In this document: positions 63,825 through 64,000 of the stretch, piece by piece
How positions within the stretch are numbered: position 1 is the stretch's first letter
Layout: every line of letters begins with the position of its first letter
DNA from: Orbicella franksi
Taxonomy: Eukaryota
Assembly: GCA_964199315.1 (NCBI GenBank)
Contig: OZ116698.1
Span: forward strand, 43,710,001 to 43,774,000
Reading direction: 5' to 3'
DNA: 64,000 bases
Made by a program: the position numbers and the translations under genes
The notes under the pieces: generated by a model
Told to the model about the DNA's origin: nothing
Database searches by the model: none
Seen by the model: the letters and a program-made list of their open reading frames with translations, nothing else

Positions 63825-64000
63825 CGTCAGAATTCTATAGTAACCTAATACGAAAAAGAACCCCATTATATGTAAACCAAGCCTTTTTCTCTTTTAATAG
63901 AGACAATAAATACTCATTGTGGATTGTCTGATACTGTTGCCAATTAATTCGTGTGTCTTCAGAAGCATCTCTTCCTCGCGTGTGCCAAGCTCCGCCGGCT

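Overview
AT-rich, intron-containing animal genomic DNA. The MITE/SINE/LINE families and gene content suggest an anthozoan cnidarian, probably a stony coral (inference). No prokaryotic features, rRNA, tRNA or CRISPR array were found. Layout: (1) 0-3.6 kb: a GT-AG-flanked, probably bidirectional promoter, a Penelope-like relic and MITEs. (2) 3.6-23.4 kb: a head-to-tail segmental duplication (about 9.4 kb and 10.4 kb). Its junction is a 5-bp microhomology inside a MITE. Copy 1 alone carries a TTAA-flanked DNA element and copy 2 alone carries a 5'-truncated LINE. (3) A single-exon forkhead gene (best match FoxAB, C-terminal eh1-like motif) at 27.5-28.5 kb (-), inside a long gene-poor tract. (4) 36-45 kb: TE relics and a Lys/Glu/Pro repeat ORF containing an in-frame palindromic MITE. 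(5) 46-64 kb: four related synaptotagmin-like genes, each with an N-terminal TM helix and degenerate C2 domain(s). One has two C2 domains; three appear to have one. One encodes about 1020 aa with three ungapped 26-aa Cys/His repeats and four RGASxF repeats that I cannot assign to a known domain. Exon models were built by hand from splice signals and reading-frame continuity; no database search was run.
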